From positions 138,570,001-138,634,000 of the forward strand of contig NC_043000.1 in NCBI RefSeq assembly GCF_006345805.1: a stretch of DNA of 64,000 nt, read 5' to 3'. Positions 25,751 through 38,798 of the stretch are shown one piece after another; position 1 is the stretch's first letter; the number at the start of each line of letters is the position of its first letter. Both the position numbers and the translations under genes were made by a program. The notes beneath the pieces were generated by a model that saw nothing but the letters and a program-made list of their open reading frames with translations, searched no databases and was not told the DNA's origin. This DNA is from Octopus sinensis (Eukaryota).

Positions 25751-26305
25751 ACCATTTTCAACCATATATTTCCTCTTTAGTAAGGCACCTGAGCTTGTTC
25801 TCCTCTTATTCTTTAGTCTTTCAACACCTGGGATTCAGCCATCCACCTCTACCTTCTCCTCCCAAATACTTCCTCTTAGTTGGGGGTTTCTTCCTTTTCC
25901 TTTTCCTTTTCCCTGTTCTTTTCTGACCTGCAATTGCATGGCAACCTCAATTTTATGCCAGTGGCAAGAAAAGTGCACCTAGCACACTCTATAAAGAGGG
26001 AGATGTTAGAAAGGGCATCTAGCAGTAGATACCATGCCAAAGATGACAGTGGGGCCCAACCAAGTTCTGCAGCCTGCTGGTTCCCTGTCAAACAGTCCTT
26101 TCATAAGAGCATGGAAAGTAGGCATTAAATGATGATAATGACATAAATATACATACATACATACATACATACATACATACAGGTGCAGGCATTGCTGTGT
26201 GGTAAGAAACTTGCTTCCCAACCACATGGTTCCAGGTTCAGTCCCACCATGTTACACCTTGTAAGTGGATTTGTTAGACAGAAATTGATAGAAACCCATT
26301 GTTTA

Positions 26306-27479
26306 CTATAAAAACCCATATAATTTACGCATTTTTTCTGCAAAAATAAAAATAAATTTTAGAGGTGTGTAAATTTAGAAATTTCTTTTGTTGAAAAACA
26401 AGCACACAAAATGTAAACATAGGCGCAGGAGTGGCTGTGTGGTAAGTAGCTTGCTAACCAACCACATGGTTCCGGGTTCAGTCCCACTGCGTGGCATCTT
26501 GGGCAAGTGTCTTCTGCTATAGCCCCGGGCCGACCAATGCCTTGTGAGTGGATTTGGTAGACGGAAACTGAAAGAAGCCTGTCGTATATATGTATATATG
26601 TGTGTATGTGTGTGTTTGTCCCCCTAGCATTGCTTGACAACCGATGCTGGTGTGTTTACATCCCCGTCACCTAGCGGTTCGGCATAAGAGACCGATAGAA
26701 TAAGTACTGGGCTTACAAAGAATAAGTCCCGGGGTCGATTTGCTCGACTAAAGGCGGTGCTCCAGCATGGCCACAGTCAAATGACTGAAACAAGTAAAAG
26801 AGTAATAGAGTATTTGTACCGGAAGTTGATACATTTAATGTCAGAATAGGTTTTTACAGTAAAATAACGGCTTAAATATAAGGAAGTTGACTTTTATTTA
26901 TGCTATATAAATTTGTTAAATCCATTAAATGGTTAACTACTTTTTGAGGTCTGATGTTCATGTTGGTAATCATAGCCCGGGCCATATTTTACTCGGTTGA
27001 GTAACGTGTCTTCCAAGCTGATGTTTATTGGTAATTAAACTTAATTTACAACACCTGTGCATATTTATCAGCTTTGTTTTTGCTGATAATTCTTATCAAC
27101 AACATTTCCTGTGATTGTGATTTGAGAAGACATACACCGGTATGCTAAAGATTGGACATAATCTCTTGTGGGCAAGAAATGTAAAATAAAGTTTATTATA
27201 TACAACACAAACACTTTGTAATTTAATAGCTTTTAATGTGATACCTGTTAAACAGAAAATATTTTTATTTAATGAAAATTTAATGAAATCTGATCATAAG
27301 TAAGTGAAATTATGCTGAATACAACTAAATTGTGAACATTTTCCCCTTGGCCATATTAGTAATTCTGAAAACTTTTGTATGCAAATTTTACATGATTAGA
27401 AGCCTTTTTTTAACAATTTTTATCCTCAAAATCACCTGTGTAAATTACACAGGGGTGCAAATTACATGGGTTTTTACAG
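26306..27479. mobile_element. Non-autonomous Tc1/mariner-pogo-type DNA transposon, nested in an old SINE A (26181-27720) and containing a young SINE A (26420-26810)
   Basis: TIRs TA|CTATAAAAACCCATATAATTT and AAATTACATGGGTTTTTACAG|TA with TA target duplication. Confidence 0.8.
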
Positions 27480-27784
27480 TATATGCATATATTTAATTGT
27501 AAATGTCATTGTGTCTGTGTTTATCTCCCACTGCTGTTTCAAAACCGATGTTCCTGTGTTTATATCCCTGTAACTTAGTGATTCAGTATAAAAGAATGAA
27601 AGGATAAATACCAGGCTTGGAAAAAACAAGTCCTGGGGTCGATTTGTTTGATTTGAACCCTTCAAGGCAGTGCCCTGGTATGACCACAATCGAATGACTG
27701 AAACAAGTAAAAGATAAAAGATGCATGCATACATGCATCTAGAATATCATTTCTTATCTATAGACTACCTGTTCTTCCTCACAT

Positions 27785-28430
27785 AAAATAAAAAAATGGT
27801 AGAAATTGAAAATACCTGAGAGCTCAAATGTTGCTATGTTTAATTACGAGAAAAATGCTAAATTTTTGCTGATATCAAATGAGAGTATTTACTCCCTCAA
27901 GCCCCCTAAACTGAAAATGGGAGATTTCTGTAAATTTTTTACAATAGCAGAGTTTGGAAGGAGGGTATGAGGGAGTAAATGCTCTTGATTGACCTACGCA
28001 AAAATTTTGTATTTTTCTGGTAATCATAAATAACAAGATTTTAGGCCTCAGGCATTTTCAATTTCTTCAATTTTTTATTTTCTCTCCACCTTAATACGCA
28101 TGTATGTGTGTGCATGTATATAGATTCTGTAAACTAGGTTGTTGTGAAAATAAAAAATTGCAAAAAATGAAAACACTTGAGGCCTAAAATCTTGCTATAT
28201 ATTATTAATAGGAAAATGCTAAATTTTCGCTTAGATCAGTTAAAGGAATTTACTCCCTCAACCCCATCAAATTCTGCTATTGTAAAAACTTTACAAAAAT
28301 CCCTCATTTTCAGAGTTTAGAATATAAATGCTATTGATTGACCTCAGCAAAAATTTAGCATTTTTCTAGTAATCAAATATAGCAACATTTTAGTCCTCAG
28401 GCATTTTCAATTTCCACAATTTTTCATTTC
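27785..28430. mobile_element. Two palindromic MITE-like units (27785-28081, 28147-28430) in opposite orientation
   Basis: Each has ~110-bp inverted arms; the core of unit 2 is the reverse complement of the core of unit 1. Confidence 0.8.
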
Positions 28431-28435
28431 CAGGC

Positions 28436-29800
28436 TTTCTTATCCATCGACTACCTGTACTTCCTCACACAAATTTCTCCACCAAGTGTCTTTAAGTTTC
28501 CTGAGTTCTTTTAGCCAGTTTGATTTCTGAGACTTGTACAACTTTTCTAGATGCACTTTGTTCTTAATATTTGGGTCAAGAAGCTTTTCATGAGTGGATC
28601 TCTTTGTTGCTAAAAGCTAATTTATCACTGTATCATTGGAATAAAACCAGTCTCAGTGCTGTCTCCTCTTAAAATATAACACCTCTGATCCCATTTTATA
28701 TATTCCATCCCAGAAGGATTGCCATGAATCTTCAAAAGGAACATTGCTGCATCTCTTCCGAAATAACTACAAAATTTGCAGCTGTTTAAGCTGCTCTACA
28801 TCAATTTTCTTTGGTATTCGTACACCTGCACTACGAATTTTCTTGTGGACCCTGAACTTGAACTTGGCCCAATGCCATTTTGTGAACACTATCACGATCA
28901 GCCCCTCACAGTACTCTGAGACTGCACAAATCTTGTAGTTAGCTTTCCGAGTCGATACATGACCTTGCTTTGATCTTGGGTAAATCCAGGTAATTTTATG
29001 CTTCATCTAATGATGAAAGAAAGTATTTCCAACAATCGACCCAAAGTCAGAGTACATTTGTAGCAGATGCAACCCATTGTTGTTCACCTTTCCTATTCCA
29101 TAATGTCCAAGTGCATTCCAAGCACCATAGTCTCTACCAACACATACATTAAAGTCACCAGGCACAACCAACTTCTCATTCAAAGGGCCTAACAAAATAT
29201 TCCTTCTAGGCTCCTCATAAAATGCATGGATATTTTCCTCATTAGCTGAAAGTGTAGGAGTATAAAGAGAGAAAACAGTTACAAAAAGTCTACAAGAAAG
29301 AGGGATCTGAAGTTTCATTAAGCATTTATTTATGCTTTGTGGTTGTTCTAAGTCTTTTAGTAAATCACTTTTAATTGCAAACCCAACACCACCTTCCCTT
29401 CTCTCTCCCTTTAGCTTCCCAACCCAAAATAATGTGAAACCTGCCACATTTTTGACAAGATGATCTTCATCCAAACATCTTGTTTCAGAAAAGCTGCAAT
29501 ATCAACATCAAGACACCTTAGCTCCTTAGTTTTTGAGCTGTTCTTCTTTCAGGCCTATTTGCTCAATCTAAAAGGGTTCTCACATTCCAACAGGCCAGGT
29601 TAAGAGAAACCTTATTCCTTGCAAACTTGTTATCATTGTTTATATAAATTCTTTGTTCATTCCGGCTAAATTGAACTACCATTAGCCACAGTAAACTAAC
29701 CAGCCGAGAGAGGACAGACAATTTTTAGGGCACCTTTTCTAGCACCTTTCCACTATATCCAGGTGAACAGTGTTCTCCTTAAAAGGGCTGCTCAGACACT
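28436..29800 (-). mobile_element. RTE (BovB-like) LINE 5' portion: 5'UTR, AP endonuclease and linker, degenerate
   Basis: ORF 29007-29474 has EN motifs GVGFAIK, SLYTPT, GDFN..VG, G..N.NG..LL, NTFF; next TWIYPRSKQGH; linker KDTWWRNLCEEVQ. Confidence 0.88.
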
Positions 29801-30489
29801 GGATTCTCCACCAAAAACAGTTCCTGTCCATGAAAACATATTCGTAATGTTAAGATAAGTACCCTGCCACCCTATGTGCAGATTTGTAACTGTATGCTTC
29901 CAACCAGTCAAGTCTGCATACGTCGTCATGCCTCTATCACCATAGGACTTTTGAAAAGGGATGATTGTATGATGATGGTGTTTTGTCAGGAACAGCTTGT
30001 ACTTCACTGGATTTCTGTGACAATTGCTTGTACAACACTTTTGCCACTCTAAGGTCAAAATAGTAGATTCCAGTGACAAGCAAAGCCAGATGATTAGTAC
30101 TAAGTTGACAGCAGGTTTTATATCTGAGTACCTTCTCCTGACCTACTTTTATATCAGAGTGTCCTTCTCCGAGAAGAGTTGTGTTCACCATGACTAATGA
30201 GCCTCATCTTCCCCAACACTCACACACGCAGAAAAATTATATACACATGTACACATTAAAAAAAAATAAAGGTAAAAATTTTGAAATTTTTACAACTAAA
30301 AAATGCTTTTCTTTTTTAAAAATATATAAAAATATAGATAAATCAATTCAAAATTGAGAATATAAATAAAACTAAAAAAATATATAAATATATAAAGATA
30401 TATAAAAAAGAAAAAGATATAAAAAATATAAAAAGATATATAAAAATATATATAATTATACACATACATACATACATACATACACACCT

Positions 30490-30706
30490 ATGTGCACATA
30501 ATGCTGGATGTTGAATGGCCGTTGACTACACATGAGCTCTTCTACCCTTTGCCAGCTCTTATTTTTCATCCTGCAGAGTGTCCAACAATTACCCTCCTCA
30601 TCAAGTAAGCTTGGTGGGGGTTACCAGTTTAGTCGCTGATGACGTGACCATGCAGCAGGTTGTACTAGGTTAAATGTTACCTGTAGCGCTCGGGAGTGAC
30701 CTGACA
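30490..30706 (-). mobile_element. Short interspersed-repeat fragment, possibly an RTE-type 5'UTR
   Basis: GC-richer island between microsatellites with a GCGACTAAACTGG motif on the reverse strand; family uncertain. Confidence 0.3.
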
Positions 30707-30893
30707 TATGTATATATATATATGTGTGTGTGTGTGTATGTGATATATGTGTATATATATGTATATATATATAGATATATGTGTATATATATATATATAT
30801 ATACGTATATACATATATATGTATATATGTATATATATATATATACATACACATACACATACATATATACTTATATATATATGCATATATATA

Positions 30894-30934
<41 letters not shown>

Positions 30935-30953
30935 CACACACACACATATATAT

Positions 30954-31006
<53 letters not shown>

Positions 31007-31162
31007 TATATACATATATATATATGTATGAACACTTATGTAGGCACGTCATATAGCCACACAAACACATATAGCTGAAATATAAGTACACACATGCACA
31101 CAAATACACAAATACACACACTCACACTCACACACACATACACACATATACACACGCACACG
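30707..31162. repeat. Compound (TA)n/(TG)n/(CA)n microsatellite
   Basis: Directly visible; produces the YI-rich ORFs. Confidence 0.95.
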
Positions 31163-33878
31163 CAAATACCTAAATATGTTCAAAGGCGCATAGCTGCGTG
31201 CAGACGCAGTACAAAAGGCGAGCACTTTGTTTCCTGCTGAGAGAAAGTTTCCTTCACTTGCATGACAATCTTTCATCAGAAACTGATACATTACTGTTTA
31301 AAAGATCACCTCTGTCATTACATGCACACATATATATAACACCATTGTCAGAATTTGCACACTGATTTGTTTGTTGTTTTGTTCCTTTCCCATCCGGTTT
31401 CTTCAGAATTAAGGAGGGAAAAAAAAAATTATTGTTTCCTACTGAATATAAGTATTTACCACGAATCTAGATTAATCCCATGTAATTCGACATACTATAG
31501 TTTGTATTGTTTTGTTTACTTGTTCATATACAGTACTTTATATGATTTTTTTCTTCACAATATAACTTCAAAGAGAGGGATTCCTTTGAACATGAATATT
31601 TGAATATTGGTGAGAATACTTTTCTTATATATTATTGTGTTATTGTTTCTTATATGTATTATTGTGAGTATTCTGAAAACAATAAGGGGAAGTAGTCATG
31701 TTGCCAAAAACAGGCCCTCTGATTATACTCATGACATATTTATTTCATGGAATAATAACAGATTTTGTGAGTGAAAAGGGTCTTCTTCTTAGTAAACTAA
31801 TAATGACCTTATTATATACATTGCTCAGTTGGATTATAACCCATTGAAAAAAAGTAAGAGGGGCAGGAAAAAAATCAAATATTTCAAGTAAAGAAAGATA
31901 GCAATGATATTCAAAGTACATCTGCAGTACACAAAATGAGAATAAAACACAAAATGAGAGGACAATATAAAACAACAACAACCATAGAGGTAAGAGCACC
32001 TAGATCTGGTTTTATAATTGCATTCATACCTGGGATGCTTTATAGAGAATATTGCATCAACACCCAATGCTTTCCTGTTGCTATATTTTATTGATTTCTA
32101 TAAGAATTAAAGGCAAATTTGACCTCGGAGGGATTTAAGCTCAAGTTATAAAGGATTGTGTGTGTTGTGTGTGTGTGTGTGTGTGTGTGAGTGTGTATGT
32201 GTATGTGTGATGCTGTTCCAATTCTGCCCATCCCTTATTTAAAGGGAAAAAATTTGACAAGTCAGTCAGTCACCGGCTGACACTTGCTGACGCGACATCA
32301 AAGAGGCCAGGGAACAGAAGAAAGAAGAAGAAAGAAGACATGCACCCAACACCAGGGCTGAAGACACCTCCGAAAGGGGGTGGGGCCCCACCACATCAAA
32401 ACAGTAGAGGAGTAGAGGCCGAAACTGGATGTGGTTCCTCCTGATGATGTCTTGAGCTAACTGGATCCTATAAAGGAGCTGTTGTGGTAGCAGACCATGA
32501 AGCACTGTTGTAATTCCCCTGACAGATGTTTCAATCAGTGGGGGTAATTACTAGGATCAAGTGAAATGGCACGATTTAATCTACTAGGGAGTCAAACCCT
32601 ACTTCTCAGAGCAAGTACATTGCAGGTTCTATGGCATATATATTATATGGTTTGAGTGGAAAATGAAAGATTTTAAACATATTTGTTTCTTGTTTCTTGT
32701 GGTTACTTTATTTTTCGTTTCAATAAACACAGGATTGAAGAGTTCTGTTATTGGTACAACATTTTATTTAATTATTCTATCAAATATCCCAGAAACATTT
32801 ATTGGGATTTAGTCTAATACCATGTTAACAATAATGTGGTTGCATTTCATTAGATTATCTCTTCAGTTGTCCAAAGGTGACACTAAATTCCAAGATTCTA
32901 CAAGCAGTATATATCTAGTCTGGAACAAATCACGAATCAGACTCCCTTAACAGATTATCAATTTGCACGGAAATTAAGTCAACTGGGTCCATGTCAGACA
33001 TATATCTGCATCTATTAGCATGAAAATTCACAATATTGATAAATATGTTTATATACATTCAGTACAATGTGTTGTCTGCTTGGGAAACTTTCTTGGCCTA
33101 CATAAAATTATATTTCATTCACTGATGCCTACTTTTAATTTCATATTTTCAGTTAGACACCACAGCTGTTATATTACTTTTGACATGAAGTAGAATTATT
33201 ATTATTGTTATTATTATTATTATTATTATCATCATCATTATTATTATTAATAATTTAACAGTAGCAAATTCTTGACAATGGAGATTTGGCTTCACTAATT
33301 AGGAAGAAATTTTAACTAAATGTAAGACTTTGAACTTATGTTTGGGGAAGCAATAAGTGTCACAGTATAAACTTAACATGTAAGATAAACATGTCAAAAT
33401 CTGAAAATCTCAAGCTTAGCTCAGAGGCCATAAACATCAGCAACACAGTCATTAATTTAAATCAGAGACGTTGGGGTACCCTGGCAAAGTCTGTATTCAA
33501 TAAAGGTCAGCGATCGTGATATTATAGCACCTACTGGGAAATCATTATGTAACTTTCATGAGTTCAGACAGATGAACTAAGATGAAATGTCAGACAAGTT
33601 CTGGAAAGATCTAATTCATTAAAACTGAATCTTAATAGTCAATAATTCACTACTATATACTGAGTAATAAACTATGATAAAGTAAGAATTCATAGTTATA
33701 TCTGCTAATAAGGTTGCTGTGGTTGTTTAACCTTAGGTCAGTTTTGAGTGAGTTGATCTATGACCAAAGGCATTACGACTATGACCAGGCTGTCATTACA
33801 GGGGTTTCTAGGAATACCTTATGTAATGTGAATGAATCGTACTCCTAATTCGAAGTTTCATTCTTGCCCCCATGCTGT

Positions 33879-34310
33879 TTTATTGCCTCCACCAAGGAAG
33901 GAGGTTATGTTTTCATCGGCGTTGGTTTTTCCATCTGTCCGACTGTGTGCAAAATAACTCAAAAAGTTGCGAACGGTATTTGATGAAACAGGGCGGCGAG
34001 CTGGCAGAAACATTAGCACGCCGGGCGAAATGCATAGCCGTATTTCGTCTGTCGTTACATTGTGAGTTCAAATTCCGCCGAGGTCGACTTTGCCTTTCAT
34101 CCTTTCGGGGTCGATAAATTAAGTACCAGTTACGCACTGGAGTCGATGTAATCGACTTAATCTGTTTGTCTGTCCTAGTTTGTCTCCTCTGTGTTTAGCC
34201 CCTTGTGGGTAATAAAGAAATAGGTATTTGATGAAACTTGCAGGTAAAGTTGGTAATGACACAAGAAACAGAGGATGAAATTTTGGTAGTGATCCGAGAA
34301 AATTTATGGA
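33879..34310 (+). mobile_element. HINE/DINE-1-like element containing a full SINE B (33990-34222) with a 15-bp TSD
   Basis: TTATTGCCTCCACCAAGG..GGAGGTTATGTTTTCATCGGCG start; TSD GGTATTTGATGAAAC at 33975-33989 and 34223-34237. Confidence 0.8.
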
Positions 34311-34659
34311 TTCTTGTTATGATATGTCTTGAGAATTACATCAAGCATAGACAGATATTTGTGGAATGCTCAGCCACTTATATGTTCATTTGATGAGTAG
34401 GCGGCTCAGTTACTGAATAATAGAATACTCATCACTGATCTAAACAGAATATTTATCATTACTATATAATATGTTTTCTTTAGCTACCATATTTAAGGTG
34501 ATAAGGTGTCATTTGCATGAAAAAAGCTTCCTCATTGATAAAGCTGATGATGAATGGAATGAGAAGCCTCAACAGAAAAGATACAGTCAATAGTAAGTGA
34601 TTAAGAGTGATTATAGAGTAGTTATCGAAGTAATAAGCTGGCATCTTTTTTCTGTTTTT

Positions 34660-34946
34660 CGTTCCACTTGATCCAATCAATGGAACAGCCTGCTTGTGAA
34701 ATTAACATGCAAGTAACTAAGCACTCCACAGATACATTGCCCTTAATGTAGTTCTCAAGGAGATTCAGTGTGACAAGGCTGGACCCTTTGAAATATAAGT
34801 ACTACTCATTTTTGCCAGCTGAGCAGACTGGAGCAATGTGCAATAAAGTGTGTCTTGCCCAAGGGCACAATGCATCGCTGGGAATTGAACTCACAACCTT
34901 ACAATCATAATCCAAATAGCCTAACTACTAAGCTATGTGCCTTCAC
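34660..34946 (-). mobile_element. SINE, head D + tail T3
   Basis: Head as at 10555-10700; tail homologous to 37975-38130. Confidence 0.75.
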
Positions 34947-35419
34947 CATCTAAGTAATGTACCAGTTCTAATGAGAGATTGCCATCCAAGAAATGATATA
35001 TAGGAGAGATTTATTCGAAGATAGATAAAAATATTCAAAGGAAAATGTCCAAAGTGTGTCTGGATGCATGCATAGCTCTACTGATAAGAAATTTTCTTTG
35101 CACCCATGGTGTTCTAAGATTGATCCCACATAGCACATTGAGCAAAGGTCTTCTGTTATAGCCCACAAATAGCCAATGCCTCATTCAAATTGAAGAAACA
35201 TAATCTAGAGTGAATTTAGCAAAGTTTTAGTAAATAAGAAAGAAGACAGGGATCTTCTTTTATCAAGAAAGTTGTCATACTCAATATAGAAAAGAAGCAG
35301 GTAAGAACTATGTATGGTGTACCCAATGTAAGTTATGGATGTGCAAGATTTGTAGTGAGATTACAGGTATGTTAAAGAGAAAGTAGACTTTACCTGTGGT
35401 TGTTGTACAGGAGCAGTGA

Positions 35420-37121
35420 TATTGGGGGTCAACTAAGTTCCTGCTGCTTTTTTAAATTTAAATATTTTAAAAGGTTTAATAAAAAATAACAAGGAGTGGC
35501 TGTGTGGTAAGTAGCTTGTTTACCAACCACATGGTTCCGAGTTCAGTCCCACTGCGTGGCACCTTGGGCAAGTGTCTTCTACTATAGCCTCGGGCCGACC
35601 AAAGCCTTGTGAGTGGATTTGGTAGACGGAAACTGAAAGAAGCCCGTCGTATATATGTATATATATATATATGCGTGTGTGTGTTTGTGTGTCTGTGTTT
35701 GTCCCCCTAGCATTGCTTGACAACCGATGCTGGTGTGTTTATGTCCCCGTTACTTACCGTTTTGGCAAAAGAGACCGATAGCATAAGTACTGGGCTTACA
35801 AAAGAATAAGTCCCGGGGTCGAGTTGCTCGATTAATGGTGGTGCTCCAGTATGGCCGCAGTCAAGTGACTGAAACAAATAAAAGAGTAAAAAGAGTAACT
35901 AATTAATCAATAATGTATTCACCCTTGTTGTTTACAACTTCTTCCCAATGTTCAACAAGACTCTCAGTACCTTGTTCGTAGAAATCACCCGATTTCGACT
36001 CAAAAAATTGATCCAACTAAGTTCTCAATTCTGCATCAGTATTGAACGAAACGCCATGCATAGCATTTGAAAAAGATTGAAACAGGTGGAAATCCTTTGG
36101 TGCCAAATCAGGAGAGTACAATAGGTGTGGCAGCACTTCCCAGCCATGCATTTGAATGGCATCCTTGGTCATATTGGTGATATGAAGGTGGGCGTTGTTG
36201 TGTAGCAGAAGAATTCCATGCTGACAATTAGGTCTTTTCTCTTGAATAGCCATGCTGAGTCATTTCATCTGTTGAACATTGAGTTCTGTGTTGACCGTTC
36301 GGTTCCATTCAAGTAATTCATAATGGATAATCCCTTCCCAATCCCACCATATGCACAACATCATCTTACGCAGATGAAGATTTTGTCTCATGCATGATGT
36401 TGCTTGTTTACCAGGGCTAAGCTATTCATTATGCTGCTTCATATTGATGTACAGACACCATTTTTCATCGCCAGTAATGATTCAGTAAAGAAATCATTGC
36501 TTGTGTCCATGAGTTGAGTGGAGAAGATCAAGCAAACCAGCTGAGATTGTGGCTCATTGATTTTTGTTGTTGTCACTTAAAGAATGCAGAACCCATGCTC
36601 CATACTTCTGAACCTTTCCCATCAAGTGAAGATGCTTCTCTATAGCAGTGTAGGAGCATTCCATTTTCTCTGCCAGTTCCCTTGTCAGTTGACAAGAATT
36701 TTTGTGCAAAAGTTGGTTTAATCACTCTACATTGAACTCAACTGGACGGCCAAAATGAGGGGTGTCTTTGAGGTCAAAATTAGCATTTTTGAACTTGTCA
36801 TGCCAATCACAAGCGGTTCTTTCAGCTATGGCACCCTCTCCATACACAGCACAAATGTTGCGAGCAGCTTTTGTGGCCTTAGAACCTTGATTAAAAACAA
36901 AAAGGAGGTGTCGAAAATGCTTGTTTTTCTTAACTTGACTTTCCATGTTAATGATCTGAAAATAAGCAAAAATTAACTAAAATTAACTAGGAATAAAGCA
37001 AAATAGATTCCTAAATGATTCAAAAATAGAATTCTTAAAAAAAAAAATAGATTCCTAAATTTAAAAATGCTATAAATTCCAAAATTTAATGAAACAGCAG
37101 AACTTAGTTGCCAAACCAATA
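35420..37121 (-). mobile_element. Full-length decayed mariner transposon (transposase pseudogene ~35910-36946) with a SINE A inserted at 35491-35897
   Basis: TIRs TATTGGGGGTCAACTAAGTTC / GAACTTAGTTGCCAAACCAATA; motifs WVLH, ITGDEKW, LLHNNA, YSPDLAPKDFHLF; stops and frameshifts. Confidence 0.95.
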
Positions 37122-37199
37122 CTAAAAACATTTGCAAAATAGTCTCTCACCAATGCTAAGGTAGCTCTCTAGAAGAACCTGACAAATTCAGTTTGCTAG

Positions 37200-37560
37200 A
37201 AAACCTTTATTAGCACTGGGGTAGGGTATACTGATATTGTAGTAACAAAAGGAAGAACTGATAGGTAAAAGTTCAAAGAGCAACTAATTCTGCTGTCAAC
37301 AAAAGGTTTCTCCCTCAGAGTAAAATGTAGATTGTTAGTGAAGCATGGTGCTGAATGGTAGTGAGATATGAGTTTTGAAAGCAAAGAATCTGTAAGAACT
37401 AAAGAGTAACAAAACCAGCATGCTGTGTTGGATGTATTATACTAGTGTGCATTTATGGTAGAGCACAAATGAAATCAGAGAAACACTGAACTTACGTGTA
37501 ATCAGCAAAGAGAAACATTGTTGTATGGATATGTGATGCCTGTCAAAGAGAACAGCGATA
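37200..37560 (+). mobile_element. Old RTE ORF2 remnant
   Basis: KGFSLRVKCRL..., GSE.., NKTSMLCWM resemble the younger copy at 38799-38945. Confidence 0.6.
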
Positions 37561-37949
37561 TAAAGTGGTAACACCTGCTCACATGAATGGAGCCAATGGC
37601 ATGGGAAACCTAGGAAGACATAGAATGAAGTGATAGGAAACAAATCTGAAATTGTTGCATCTCATGCAGGAAATGATGAAGGATGGTATTAATTGGCAGT
37701 ATCATGCTGTGTAGGAAAATACTTTCCTGCCAAAGTCTTGGTAATATGGACATACATGTATGTGTATACTTATGTATTTTTCACTCTTCTAAGTATACCT
37801 GGTGCCTAACTTCCTTTTATATTCTTGATAAGGCTCTCTGTTACCACCTCTCTTCTAGGCTTTCCAAGAGTGTCTCTTATCTTTCACAGCTCTATACTAC
37901 TGTGTCATTTCACCATCACATCTTCTGTTTGACTGAGTCCTTGTGGAGG

Positions 37950-38321
37950 AAGCACTCCGTCAGTTATGACGACGAGGGTTCCGGTTGATCTGATCAACGG
38001 AACAACCTACTCGTGAAATTAACGTGTAAGTGGCTGAACACTCCACAGACACATGTACCCTTAACGTAGTTCTTGGGGATATTCAGCGTGACACAGAGTG
38101 ACAAGGCCGGCCCTTTGAAATACAGGTACAACAGAAACAGGAAGTAAAGAAAGTTATGGCGAAAGAGTACAGCAGGGATCACTACCATCCCCTGCCGGAG
38201 CCTCGTGGAGCTTTAGGTGTTTTTGCTCTATAAACACTCACAACGCCCGGTCTGGGAATCGAAACTGCAATCCTACGACCGCGAGTCCGCTGCCCTAACC
38301 ACTGGGCCATTGCGCCTCCCA
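37950..38321 (-). mobile_element. SINE, head C + tail T3
   Basis: Reverse strand GGAGGCGCAATGGCCCAGTGGTTAGGGCAGCGGACTCGCGG head; CpGs retained, so probably young. Confidence 0.85.
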
Positions 38322-38798
38322 CAAGTCCTTGTACAAGCCACATCACTGGTCTGTAGCCCTCAGCAGCTTATCTTGTCGGAACTCTAAGTAACCATTTATG
38401 CTATAGCTATCTAAGTCTTTCTCTCTGCAGTCATGTTGCTATTGAATTACCAATAAATAGTCTCACCTTAATTATCTTACCACTCCCCTTGATGACCTCA
38501 ATTACTTTATCTATCCATTTTTCCCACATCATCCCTTTCACTCACTTAGAAGAAGTTGTTTCTTGCTTGTGAGGAGTTCAGCAGTATATCCTTTCTTTCC
38601 TACTCCTTTCACTTAGCAGACACCCATACATTTCCATTCTGGCATCTCCACGATCTCACCAAGCTTACTTTTCCTCATACTTAAATTGATAGTGGCTGCC
38701 TTGAGGCTTTGAAACTTATACAAAGATTTATTTTGGTGGTAACTTTGCTGGTAACTCTTTGACTACAACACATTCTGCACATGTAGAAAAGAAGGAAC

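Noticed and set aside
30621-31121. YI/HT-rich ORFs, also at about 1040, 13040, 41430, 55230 and 62930-63520
   Set aside because: Di- and tetranucleotide microsatellite translations
35910-36946. Domesticated or active SETMAR-like transposase
   Set aside because: Multiple stops and frameshifts, second catalytic Asp replaced (LHNNA), TIRs degenerate
38240-38321. tRNA-Arg-like sequence (and other SINE heads)
   Set aside because: A/B boxes are present but there is no complete cloverleaf and it continues into the SINE body; not a tRNA gene
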